Shown: positions 31,201 to 39,846 of the stretch, piece by piece
How positions within the stretch are numbered: position 1 is the first letter of the stretch
How the letters are laid out: each line of letters begins with the position of its first letter
Assembly: GCA_023389005.1 (NCBI GenBank)
Contig: JAEWFE010000029.1
Coordinates: forward strand, 887-64,886
Origin: Bacillota bacterium
Lineage (GTDB): Bacteria > Bacillota > Bacilli > Lactobacillales > Enterococcaceae
Direction: 5' to 3'
DNA: 64,000 nt
Translations under genes and position numbers: made by a program
Notes under the pieces: generated by a model
Told to the model about the DNA's origin: nothing
Database searches by the model: none
Seen by the model: the letters and a program-made list of their open reading frames with translations, nothing else

Positions 31201-31816
31201 GAATATGTTTAAAATTATTGAAATTACTAAAGAAGAAGCACATAAAATAATCGAAACAAAGGAACCATTAGGTATGTTTTGGTTAGAAGATGATGGTAAA
31301 TTTATTGCAATATATAATAGTACTGAATATGGTCTTATTGAAGAATTCAATAATAAAGAAGAATGTTTACAATGGTTGAAAGATTGGTTTAAGAAACCTG
31401 ATAGTGAAGAGTTATATGGAAATCGTAAAGTATATTACAACCTGCTAAGTAACTCAATACGCGAATCTTATGACAACTTATGTGAGACTATGGACGAGCG
31501 AAGAGAAACATTCAATAATATTTGGGATATTCTTAAAAAGCAACGCGCTATAGATGAGAAACGAAAAGCTGAAGGAATTATCAGTAATAGCGAAGCGTTA
31601 GAGTCTTCCAAAGAACTTTTAAAATATCTTGAAAGTAGATTAGAGTACGCAAAGCAAGAGAAGCAACGTATTCAAATTCAATATAATATTTACGATACAA
31701 TGCTTAATGGAACTATAAAAGAGATTAATAGAATATCAACTTTAATAAATAACCTAAAGGAAAACATCAAATTATCAGAAGAATCATGGAAAGCACATAA
31801 TGGAGATGAGGTGTAA
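31190..31816 (+). CDS. Hypothetical coiled-coil protein
   Basis: Operon context; start may be ATG 31205. Confidence 0.7.
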   Translation: MENKNMFKIIEITKEEAHKIIETKEPLGMFWLEDDGKFIAIYNSTEYGLIEEFNNKEECLQWLKDWFKKPDSEELYGNRKVYYNLLSNSIRESYDNLCETMDERRETFNNIWDILKKQRAIDEKRKAEGIISNSEALESSKELLKYLESRLEYAKQEKQRIQIQYNIYDTMLNGTIKEINRISTLINNLKENIKLSEESWKAHNGDEV

Positions 31817-31818
31817 AT

Positions 31819-32553
31819 ATGTTATTAGTAGAAAATATTGAAACTTATGGTTTTGAAGCAGCTATAAGAGGGATGCGTCAGCCGATGCTGTCTCACGATT
31901 TAATGGATAGTAAATGGATCGACACACCAGATGGTCCATTCTATCTTATTGGTCCAAACGACGAGAAATTGATGAGACGACTAGCTAAGGCTGGGAATGA
32001 CCATAGAAAATATTTACGAATGATTACAGTTACTATGGATATTACAGCGCCTTTATATTGGTGGAAAGAGTTCGATCAGTATAAGGTAGGGACCGTTACA
32101 AACAGTACCTCTACCATGCATAAGATCCATGCGAAAGAATTTGAACTAGGTGACTTTAGTTATGAACGTTTGGTTGGATATTCATCTCATTTTACTAGAG
32201 ACGATGAAACAGACCGGATTAAACAAGTAAAAGTTAATGATGATATTTCGTTAGATGGATATACCACAAGTTACGCTCCTTTAGATATTTTAGAGCTATT
32301 GATTATTCCATCTTTAAATAAATGTCGTGAGAGATATATTGAAACCAAAGATAAGAAATATTGGTGGCAAATGATTCAACTATTACCTAGTTCATATATG
32401 CAGAAGCGTACGGTGTGTTTGAATTTCGAAGCACTTGCAAATATGTATCACGCACGTAAAGGGCATAAGCTGAATGAGTGGGAGCAACTTCGTGTGAATA
32501 TCGATACACGTATTCCATATGCGGATATCTTTACAGATTTAAAGAAACGATAA
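31819..32553 (+). CDS. ThyX-like (flavin-dependent thymidylate synthase fold) protein
   Basis: GNDHRKYLRMI..DITAP...EF...NSTS and LLPSS..Q.R...N...L.N.Y..R..H resemble the ThyX layout, but RHR is missing. Confidence 0.55.
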   Translation: MLLVENIETYGFEAAIRGMRQPMLSHDLMDSKWIDTPDGPFYLIGPNDEKLMRRLAKAGNDHRKYLRMITVTMDITAPLYWWKEFDQYKVGTVTNSTSTMHKIHAKEFELGDFSYERLVGYSSHFTRDDETDRIKQVKVNDDISLDGYTTSYAPLDILELLIIPSLNKCRERYIETKDKKYWWQMIQLLPSSYMQKRTVCLNFEALANMYHARKGHKLNEWEQLRVNIDTRIPYADIFTDLKKR

Positions 32554-32611
32554 TAAATTACCAACTGAGCGGGAGACTATTCCTGCTCTTTTATTTTTGG
32601 AGGGAGCGTTA

Positions 32612-32857
32612 ATGGCTTTTGGAGAAAAAGAAACGTTGAAGAGGCGTTTGCAAGAGACTCGAGAAAAATTGCGAAGAGCGGAAGAGGAACTCTATAATGC
32701 GGAATATGATTATCAAGAGGCGCGAAAGATGTATCAACATCATAAGTTTATTGTGACACAGTTAAGACGTAATGTCGAAGCGTTACAGAAAGAGTATTAC
32801 GACTCTATGGAAACACAAACTGTGCTTATATTAAAGGATGAGGATTCGTGGCGTTAG
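32612..32857 (+). CDS. Coiled-coil hypothetical protein
   Basis: GGAGGGAG RBS. Confidence 0.65.
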   Translation: MAFGEKETLKRRLQETREKLRRAEEELYNAEYDYQEARKMYQHHKFIVTQLRRNVEALQKEYYDSMETQTVLILKDEDSWR

Positions 32858-32941
32858 CATTTCGTATATTTATCGTGTATACAATTGTGCATTTTGTATT
32901 TGATTTTATTCATTGGTTAGAAAGAATTTGGAGGAATTAAC

Positions 32942-33184
32942 ATGAAAGATTTATTTGTATATTTTTGGTCTGTGAAAACTTTTTGGGTACCTACTATGGC
33001 CTTGAGTATTTTGTTGTGGTTTTTAGACTCTGTATTATTGTTGAAGGTAATCGGAACTTTTCTGATTGTATTTACCACCTTATTTGTGGTGTATGTAGAG
33101 TTCGTAGAAATCGGAAAACGGAATGAATTATTCGATGAATTGATTGAAAGAATGGATAAAAATAGTAAAAAATCGTCTGATTAG
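32942..33184 (+). CDS. Small membrane protein
   Basis: GGAGG RBS; two TM helices. Confidence 0.65.
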   Translation: MKDLFVYFWSVKTFWVPTMALSILLWFLDSVLLLKVIGTFLIVFTTLFVVYVEFVEIGKRNELFDELIERMDKNSKKSSD

Positions 33185-33185
33185 T

Positions 33186-33528
33186 TATGCGTATATGCAT
33201 AACTAGGATCAAAAGCTATGCGTATATGCATAGATTCTGTTGTTTTTCTATGCGCATGTGCATAATTTTAGAGAAAAATATGCGTATATGCATAGAATTT
33301 AAGAGAATTATGCGTACGTGCATATGCATATATGCATAATTTTGGCCTTTTTTGGGGTGTTTTTGAGGGGTGTTATGCGTATATGCATAATTTTCGACCT
33401 TTAAAATCGTCAGAAACGTTGATATATCAAGGTTTTTGTATTTTTTTATGCACGTACGCATACCCCCCTTATTAATTAAAAAAAAAATAAAATATATATA
33501 TAAATAGAGTGCTATGCGTATATGCATA
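33186..33528. repeat. Nine 16-bp palindromes TATGC-N6-GCATA plus an AT-rich tract (putative origin or operator array)
   Basis: Copies at 33186, 33217, 33249, 33279, 33309, 33323, 33374, 33447, 33513; AT tract ~33469-33506. Confidence 0.85.
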
Positions 33529-33569
33529 ATTTTCTACGATTAATATTGGTTATACGAGGAGGATGTGTT

Positions 33570-33800
33570 ATGACTGAACAAGAGTGGTTAGATATTTTTG
33601 CAGGAAATTTACAAAGTCTCATGGACGAATATAATTACAATCAATCAGAATTAGCAAGAGCTATCGATGTGAGTCAATCCACGATTAGTCGATATTTGAG
33701 GGCGGAGATAATGCCGACTCCGAGAGTACTGGTGAATATCCTGTATGAGTTTGATTGCGACTTAGGAGATATTTTAGATTTTGGTTCGAGAATTGAATAG
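33570..33800 (+). CDS. XRE-family HTH regulator
   Basis: YNQSELARAIDVSQSTISRYLR; GAGGAGG RBS. Confidence 0.88.
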   Translation: MTEQEWLDIFAGNLQSLMDEYNYNQSELARAIDVSQSTISRYLRAEIMPTPRVLVNILYEFDCDLGDILDFGSRIE

Positions 33801-33854
33801 ATGTGTTATAGGAGTCTGAGTATCAATCAGGCTCTTTTCTTTTTATTTTAAAAT

Positions 33855-33883
33855 TCGCGTGAAAAACACGCCCTTTTATGAGA
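33855..33883 (+). promoter_or_regulatory. 29-bp phage motif copy 13 (heads the nuclease-RNAP operon)
   Basis: TCGCGTGAAAAACACGCCCTTTTATGAGA after a terminator. Confidence 0.85.
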
Positions 33884-33955
33884 GAAGAACTTGTTTTTAT
33901 AACATGTTCTTATATTTTTAAGTTCAGGGGTGAACTTTTTAAGGAGGTATGGTTA

Positions 33956-34252
33956 ATGGCTCAGTTGGAATCTAAATTTCAAAGTAAATTAATTAAAGAA
34001 ATTAAAGAACAACTTGAGGGTTCTATAGTTGTCAAATTAGATGCTAACTATATTCAAGGTATTCCAGACCTTGCTATTTTTTACGAAGACAAATGGGCGA
34101 CTTTGGAATGTAAGCGAAGTAAGACAGCTAAACATAGACCTAACCAAAAATATTATGTTGAAAAAATGAACAACATGTCGTTTTCAAGAACGATATATCC
34201 AGAGAATAAGGAGGAAGTATTAAATGAACTTTATCGAACATTCAAATCTTGA
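33956..34252 (+). CDS. VRR-NUC / Holliday-junction resolvase-like nuclease
   Basis: ESKFQ...GIPDL...LECK...PNQ; AAGGAGG RBS. Confidence 0.8.
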   Translation: MAQLESKFQSKLIKEIKEQLEGSIVVKLDANYIQGIPDLAIFYEDKWATLECKRSKTAKHRPNQKYYVEKMNNMSFSRTIYPENKEEVLNELYRTFKS

Positions 34253-34778
34253 GGGACTGCATGCTCCTTTCAGTGCATCTAAATCTTCTTGGTTAAGATA
34301 TGATGACGAAAAAGCTATAAGCGTATTCGAAAATATGAAAGCCAAAGAACTTGGCACTAGACTTCATGCGTGGGCGAAAGAAACTATTGATTTAGGATTA
34401 CCTCAACCACGAACCAAACGAACTTTGTGTGCCTATGTGAATGATGCTATCGGTTTTAAAATGTCGACAGAAGTTGTTTTATTTTACTCTCCATATTTTT
34501 TTGGAACAGCAGATGCGATTTGTTTTAGAAATAACACTTTAAGAATTCACGATTTAAAAACTGGTAAAGGCCCTGTTAAAGTAGACCAATTAATGGTGTA
34601 TGCGGCTTTATTCTGTTTAGAGTATAAAATCAAACCTGGCGATATTAAGATGGAACTTCGTATATACCAGAATGATGATATTCTTGTGGCTAATCCTACA
34701 GCCGAAGATATTTTACCAATCATGAATAAAATCATTCACTTGAATAATCTGATAGAAAAATATAATAAGGAGGTGTAA
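34224..34778 (+). CDS. PD-(D/E)xK Cas4-like exonuclease (DUF2800-like)
   Basis: GTRLH, FGTADA, IHDLKTG, QLMVYA. Confidence 0.75.
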   Translation: MNFIEHSNLEGLHAPFSASKSSWLRYDDEKAISVFENMKAKELGTRLHAWAKETIDLGLPQPRTKRTLCAYVNDAIGFKMSTEVVLFYSPYFFGTADAICFRNNTLRIHDLKTGKGPVKVDQLMVYAALFCLEYKIKPGDIKMELRIYQNDDILVANPTAEDILPIMNKIIHLNNLIEKYNKEV

Positions 34779-34780
34779 TC

Positions 34781-37759
34781 GTGAATAAGACAGTCATGGA
34801 AATGAAAGCAATCATGGATGAAGATATAGATGTTTTAGAGCATTATGGTATGCCTAGAAGATCAGGTCGATATCCATGGGGCTCTGGAGACAATCCATAT
34901 CAACATGGCAAAGATTTCTTGTCTAGAGTTGAAGAATTAAAGAAAAATGGTTGGGTAGAAACACCAGAAAATATAGCTAAAGAATTCGGTGTAAATACTG
35001 CTCAATATCGAATGGAAAAGAAAGTTTGTTTAGATAAACGAAGAATGGACAAAATAGCTCGCGTTGAATCGTTAAAAGCAGATGGATTGAATAATTCTGA
35101 GATTGGTAGAAAAATGGGCATCAGCGAATCAGCAGTCCGTTCATTGCTAGACGAGAAAGCTAAAGCTAGAACCTACGCTTCACGAAATACCGCCGATTTC
35201 TTAAAGGAAAAGGTGAGAGAAAAAGGCATGATTGATGTTGGTGCGGATGTGTATCGAGAGTTAAATATTTCGAAAACACAATTCGAGACCGCGCTTTATA
35301 TTTTGGAAGGTGAAGGATATCCTATTTATAAAGGCGGTATTCAACAAGCGACCAATCCAAGTCAACAAATTAATCAGAAGGTATTGTGCCCTCCTGGAAC
35401 AAAACATTCGGAAATATATGACTTTAAAAATGTTCATACAATTACCGATTATATTTCAAGAGATGGTGGAGATTCTTATGAAAAGAAATTTCATTATCCT
35501 GAAAGTATGGATTCCAAGAGATTGGCTATTAGATATAAAGAAGATGGCGGAATTGATAAAGATGGTATTGTAGAAATTCGTCCTGGTGTTAAAGATTTAT
35601 CTTTAGGAAATTCTCATTATGCACAAGTTCGAATATTGGTAGATGGAACACATTATATTAAAGGAATGGCTGTATATTCAGACGATTTACCACCAGGTGT
35701 AGATGTGGTGTTTAATACCAATAAATCAAAAAGCACTCCAAAAATGGATGTTTTGAAAGAAATAAAAAAAGACCCCGACAATCCGTTTGGCTCTGCTATT
35801 AAAGATGCGCAACAAGGCGGTCAATATTGGTATGAAGAAAATGGAAAAAAGAAATTAGGTCTTATTAATAAGCGTGCCGATGAAGGTGACTGGAGTGACT
35901 GGAAAGATGCACTCCCTTCTCAATTCTTGGCTAAGCAGAGCACAAGTTTAGCTAAAAAACAACTAAATTTAGCTAAAGAAGAGAGAATGAAAGAATTTGA
36001 AGAAATAATGTCACTGTCTAATCCGACAATTAAAAAGCATTTATTGGAAAAGTTTGCTTCTAATTGTGACTCAGCAGCGGTAAGTCTTAAAGCAGCCGCA
36101 CTACCTGGACAAAAATATCATGTCATTATTCCTATCACATCTCTGAAAGATAATGAAATATATGCTCCTAACTATCCAGATGGTACAAAGTTAGCCCTCG
36201 TTCGATATCCACATGGCGGAACATTCGAAATTCCAATTGTAAAAGTAAATAATAAACACGCTGTCGCTAAAAAGCTTCTTGGAAAAGATGTTATTGATGC
36301 TGTTGGCATTAACGCCAAAGTTGCTGAGCGATTATCTGGAGCTGATTTTGATGGCGATACGGTTATGTGTATTCCAACCGATGACCCAAAAACTAAAATA
36401 AAAATAACTTCTACCGCAGCTTTGAAAGGATTAGAAGGTTTTGATCCTAAAGTAGAATATGGTCCAGAGTCATATAAGGGTAGAACTATTAAATTAATGA
36501 AAAACCCAGCAACTAATACTGATGCGACTCAGTCAGAAATGGGTAGCATATCTAATTTAATTACTGATATGACTTTAGCAGGTGCTAGTGAAAAAGAATT
36601 AGCCAGAGCTGTTAGACACTCGATGGTTGTTATCGATGCCGCAAAGCATAAATTAGACTATAAGCGTAGCGAAAAAGATAACAATATTGCTGAATTAAAA
36701 AGATTGTATCAAGTAAAATATGATAAAAATGGCCGTATAAGATATGGTGGAGCATCCACATTGTTATCTAAAAGTAGTGGAGATGAAACAGTAAATAAAC
36801 GACAAGGCGAAGCAAAAATAAATATTAAAGGAAAAGAATGGTATGATCCATCTAGACCTGAAGGAGCTCTTATTTATAAAGATGCTAAAGATTTATATTA
36901 TGTCGTTAAAGTAAATGATAAAAAAGATAGAACCACTACGATTAAAACTGTTGATGGTAAGAAAATAAAATATAGTTGGGATGATAAGGAAGCTGTTAAA
37001 AAATATACTCCTAAAGAAGTAAAAGATAAAGAAGGAAATATCATTGGATATACTAGTCAAGATGGGAGTATAGAATATAAAATAAAAGCCCGTACTCAGA
37101 AGAGTACAAAAATGTTAGAGGTAGATAACGCAGAAGAATTACTATCCCCCGCCCGTCATCCGATGGAAGTTATTTATGCAGACTATGCGAATAGCATGAA
37201 GGCTCTGGCAAATAAAGCACGTAAAGAAATGGTGTTTGCTGGAAAAATAGAATATTCTAGAAGTGCTAAAGAAAAATATAGAGCAGAATATGATTCATTG
37301 ATGGCTAAATTAAATGATGCCAAATTAAATACAATTAAAGAAAGAGCGGCTCAACGAATGGCATATTCTGAAGTTGCAGACAAACAGAAAACTATTTCTG
37401 ATATGACTAAAGGTGACTTAAAGAAAGCTAGACAAATGGCTATATCTAAAGCTCGTGAAGAAGTTGGTTCATTGTCAAGAAGAGATAGAAATATAGAAAT
37501 TACTGATAGAGAATGGGAAGCCATTCAAGCAGGAGCTATTAGTGAAACGAAACTTAAACAGATTCTAAACAACACTGACATTGATAAACTTAGAGAAAGA
37601 GCTACACCAAGAGCAACAGTTGAGTTGTCTTCAGTTAAGATTAACCGAATCAAAGCAATGAGTGCTTCGTATACTAATCAACAGATTGCAGAGAAACTTG
37701 GTATCTCACCAGCAACAGTTACCAAATACTTAAAAGAGGAGATTAGAAATGGAAACTAG
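34781..37759 (+). CDS. Putative single-subunit two-barrel RNA polymerase with N- and C-terminal HTH domains
   Basis: LSGADFDGD (DFDGD at 36344-36358), upstream LVRYPH; HTHs NSEIGRKMGISESAVRSLL and NQQIAEKLGISPATVTKYL; N-terminal LEHYG. Confidence 0.75.
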   Translation: MNKTVMEMKAIMDEDIDVLEHYGMPRRSGRYPWGSGDNPYQHGKDFLSRVEELKKNGWVETPENIAKEFGVNTAQYRMEKKVCLDKRRMDKIARVESLKADGLNNSEIGRKMGISESAVRSLLDEKAKARTYASRNTADFLKEKVREKGMIDVGADVYRELNISKTQFETALYILEGEGYPIYKGGIQQATNPSQQINQKVLCPPGTKHSEIYDFKNVHTITDYISRDGGDSYEKKFHYPESMDSKRLAIRYKEDGGIDKDGIVEIRPGVKDLSLGNSHYAQVRILVDGTHYIKGMAVYSDDLPPGVDVVFNTNKSKSTPKMDVLKEIKKDPDNPFGSAIKDAQQGGQYWYEENGKKKLGLINKRADEGDWSDWKDALPSQFLAKQSTSLAKKQLNLAKEERMKEFEEIMSLSNPTIKKHLLEKFASNCDSAAVSLKAAALPGQKYHVIIPITSLKDNEIYAPNYPDGTKLALVRYPHGGTFEIPIVKVNNKHAVAKKLLGKDVIDAVGINAKVAERLSGADFDGDTVMCIPTDDPKTKIKITSTAALKGLEGFDPKVEYGPESYKGRTIKLMKNPATNTDATQSEMGSISNLITDMTLAGASEKELARAVRHSMVVIDAAKHKLDYKRSEKDNNIAELKRLYQVKYDKNGRIRYGGASTLLSKSSGDETVNKRQGEAKINIKGKEWYDPSRPEGALIYKDAKDLYYVVKVNDKKDRTTTIKTVDGKKIKYSWDDKEAVKKYTPKEVKDKEGNIIGYTSQDGSIEYKIKARTQKSTKMLEVDNAEELLSPARHPMEVIYADYANSMKALANKARKEMVFAGKIEYSRSAKEKYRAEYDSLMAKLNDAKLNTIKERAAQRMAYSEVADKQKTISDMTKGDLKKARQMAISKAREEVGSLSRRDRNIEITDREWEAIQAGAISETKLKQILNNTDIDKLRERATPRATVELSSVKINRIKAMSASYTNQQIAEKLGISPATVTKYLKEEIRNGN

Positions 37760-37997
37760 ATCATGTTTAACAACAATCGATAATCCTTTCAATCCTTTTA
37801 CTAACTTTTCAGAATGGTTTCTGTATGATGTTGGACAAGGTTACAACACTTGTGGAAAGATTGATAGATTAACAGAACGATTTGATGGCATGACAGAAGC
37901 AGAAGAAACTAAAGCTGTCGAAAAAGCCATTGATTTGATTATCGAAAATGATATTTTAAATATTTATAAAAAAATTCAACCACCATTAGCGATTTAA
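37749..37997 (+). CDS. Hypothetical phage protein
   Basis: LTTIDNPFNPF; overlaps the RNAP stop. Confidence 0.75.
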   Translation: METRSCLTTIDNPFNPFTNFSEWFLYDVGQGYNTCGKIDRLTERFDGMTEAEETKAVEKAIDLIIENDILNIYKKIQPPLAI

Positions 37998-38004
37998 AAG
38001 CATA

Positions 38005-38077
38005 GAGGGGGGTCTTCAAAAACACACCCCCTCCCTGCATCGCGGCCCTCCTAAAAATTTCCCCGGAGGGATTTTTT
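38005..38077. other. Putative cos/packaging region
   Basis: GC-rich island upstream of terS: GAGGGGGGT...ACCCCCTC, CGCGGCCCT (38041-38049), AAAAATTTCCCCGGAGGGATTTTTT. Confidence 0.55.
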
Positions 38078-38087
38078 CACAAACAAT

Positions 38088-38283
38088 TCCACTTTTTAGA
38101 TGCTCTATAGAGCCCCCAGAATGACTTTATATTCACCCCAGAGAGATTTTTATTCCATTCAATACTTCTTATGTTGTTTTTCACAATACAGAATACACAT
38201 TTGTGTACACCTCCTTTAAAGATATTAGTATAAAGCTTAGTTGGTAGGTATCTGGGGGTTCTATAAAGTGTCCGAAAAGTGGA
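38088..38283 (+). ncRNA. Putative structured RNA (33-bp long-range stem)
   Basis: 38088-38120 pairs with 38251-38283; 4 of the 6 non-Watson-Crick positions are G-U on the + strand. Confidence 0.4.
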
Positions 38284-38354
38284 TAAAAACTATATTTAAC
38301 TTCTTATAAAATCTTCATAAACTATTCCCAAAACAAACGAGAGGAGGTAGCAAG

Positions 38355-38687
38355 TTGTCCAAAACTGACGAAACTCCGCGTTCTAGGAAAAGACGAAAAG
38401 CTCCTCCTGCATTGACAGTAGAAGACCGTGAACAACAACTTATTGCACTAGCGGTTAATGTTGCAGAAGAGCAGCTAAGAGAAGGCACAGCGTCTTCACA
38501 AGTGATTACGCATTTTTTAAAGCTAGGAACAACTTTAGCGAAGTTAGAACGTGAGAAATTAGAGAAAGAAAACGAACTATTAAAGGCTAAAGCAAGGGCT
38601 CTTGAGTCTGCAGAACGAAGTGAAGCCATGTACGAAGAAGCATTGAAAGCGATGCGGAAGTACCAGGGATCTGATGACTATGAGTAA
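38355..38687 (+). CDS. Putative terminase small subunit
   Basis: First gene after the cos-like site; EQLREGTASSQVITHFLKLG plus coiled coil; GAGGAGG RBS. Confidence 0.6.
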   Translation: MSKTDETPRSRKRRKAPPALTVEDREQQLIALAVNVAEEQLREGTASSQVITHFLKLGTTLAKLEREKLEKENELLKAKARALESAERSEAMYEEALKAMRKYQGSDDYE

Positions 38688-39093
38688 TATTCGAACCTAC
38701 GATGAATTGACTAAATTTGAAACGTTTGAAGAGAGATTCAAGTATTTAAAGTTGGACGGTTCAGTAGGGAAAGATACGTTTGGATTTGATAGATATTTAA
38801 ATCAAAATTTTTATCGTTCAAAAGAATGGAAAGATGTACGTAATCATGTGATTGCTCGAGATTTAGGACGAGATTTAGGTGTCGAAGGTCGAGAAATTTT
38901 CGATAAAGTTCTAATCCATCATATGAATCCAATAACTACAAAAGACATTATTGAGAAAACAGATTTTTTACTAAATCCAAACTATCTTATATGTACTTCG
39001 AAAAGCACGCATGATGCAATACACTATGGGGATTTCAATCCCTTATTTTCGAGTTATACAAAAAGACGTAAAGGAGACACTAAATTATGGTAA
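38680..39093 (+). CDS. HNH endonuclease (packaging-associated)
   Basis: FYRSKEWKDVR..VIARD...IHHMNP...N.LI....THDAIH. Confidence 0.85.
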   Translation: MSNIRTYDELTKFETFEERFKYLKLDGSVGKDTFGFDRYLNQNFYRSKEWKDVRNHVIARDLGRDLGVEGREIFDKVLIHHMNPITTKDIIEKTDFLLNPNYLICTSKSTHDAIHYGDFNPLFSSYTKRRKGDTKLW

Positions 39094-39102
39094 AGAGGTG
39101 GA

Positions 39103-39483
39103 GTGATGGCTGATAGAAATGAAAGTATATTAGATTCAATTAAAAACTCTTTAGGAATTGAAGAAGACGAGAAAGCATTTGACGATGATTTAGTGATGCA
39201 TATTAATTCAGTTTTTGGAGTTTTGAACCAAATTGGTGTTGGGCCAAAAACACCATATTTCATAACAAATACTTCTGAAACGTGGGACGGGTTCACCAAT
39301 CTTCCAAAAGGAACAATAGAGTATGTTAAAAGCTATATGTACTTAAAAGTGAAATTAATCTTTGACCCACCTGGAAGTTCTATTGCTGCGGAATCTATGA
39401 AACAAACAGCTAACGAGTATGAATGGCGACTAATGGTGGCGATGGAACAGTTACCAAAGAATGAAGGTGAAGAAGATGAATGA
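39103..39483 (+). CDS. Putative head-tail connector/adaptor
   Basis: SILDSIK..LG...FD.DL..HIN...L.Q.G...FDPP pattern. Confidence 0.6.
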   Translation: MMADRNESILDSIKNSLGIEEDEKAFDDDLVMHINSVFGVLNQIGVGPKTPYFITNTSETWDGFTNLPKGTIEYVKSYMYLKVKLIFDPPGSSIAAESMKQTANEYEWRLMVAMEQLPKNEGEEDE

Positions 39484-39844
39484 TGAATTATACCACCATG
39501 GTGTTCTAGGAATGAAATGGGGACGTAGAAAGGCTAGAACAAAATCCAGTTCTAGAAAATCTAAAGGTAAAAAAATACCACTTCATGAAGACTATATTAA
39601 CGCTCATAGTAGAAAGAGTGTTAAATCAATGAGTGATAAAGAACTTAAAAATAGACTTCAACGTTTGAACATGGAGCAACAATACGAACGATTGAATCCC
39701 TCAAAAGTAAATGCGGGAAAGAAGTATGCTACTAAAGTATTGGCAGCAGCTACTACAACAGCTACTGTAACTGGTGTTGCTTTAACCATCTATAATAACA
39801 CAGATAAAATCATTAAAATAGCCAAAGCGATGGGCGGTAGGTAG
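39476..39844 (+). CDS. Basic protein with ELYHHGVLGMKWG N-terminal motif
   Basis: Motif shared with four other ORFs; K/R-rich; hydrophobic C-terminal segment. Confidence 0.8.
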   Translation: MNDELYHHGVLGMKWGRRKARTKSSSRKSKGKKIPLHEDYINAHSRKSVKSMSDKELKNRLQRLNMEQQYERLNPSKVNAGKKYATKVLAAATTTATVTGVALTIYNNTDKIIKIAKAMGGR

Positions 39845-39846
39845 TT

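Noticed and set aside
31704..31716. TTAATGGAACTAT as a 14th copy of the 29-bp motif
   Set aside because: Lacks the upstream TCGC and AACA blocks and lies inside a CDS
33216..33527. 103-aa minus-strand ORF
   Set aside because: It is the translation of the palindromic repeat array (MHIRI/YAYMH repeats) with no RBS
11356..33880. ORF-track starts inside the motif (ATG at 11356, 12783, 16640, 33878; GTG at 17638)
   Set aside because: No RBS upstream of these codons; strong RBSs lie downstream, before later in-frame ATGs
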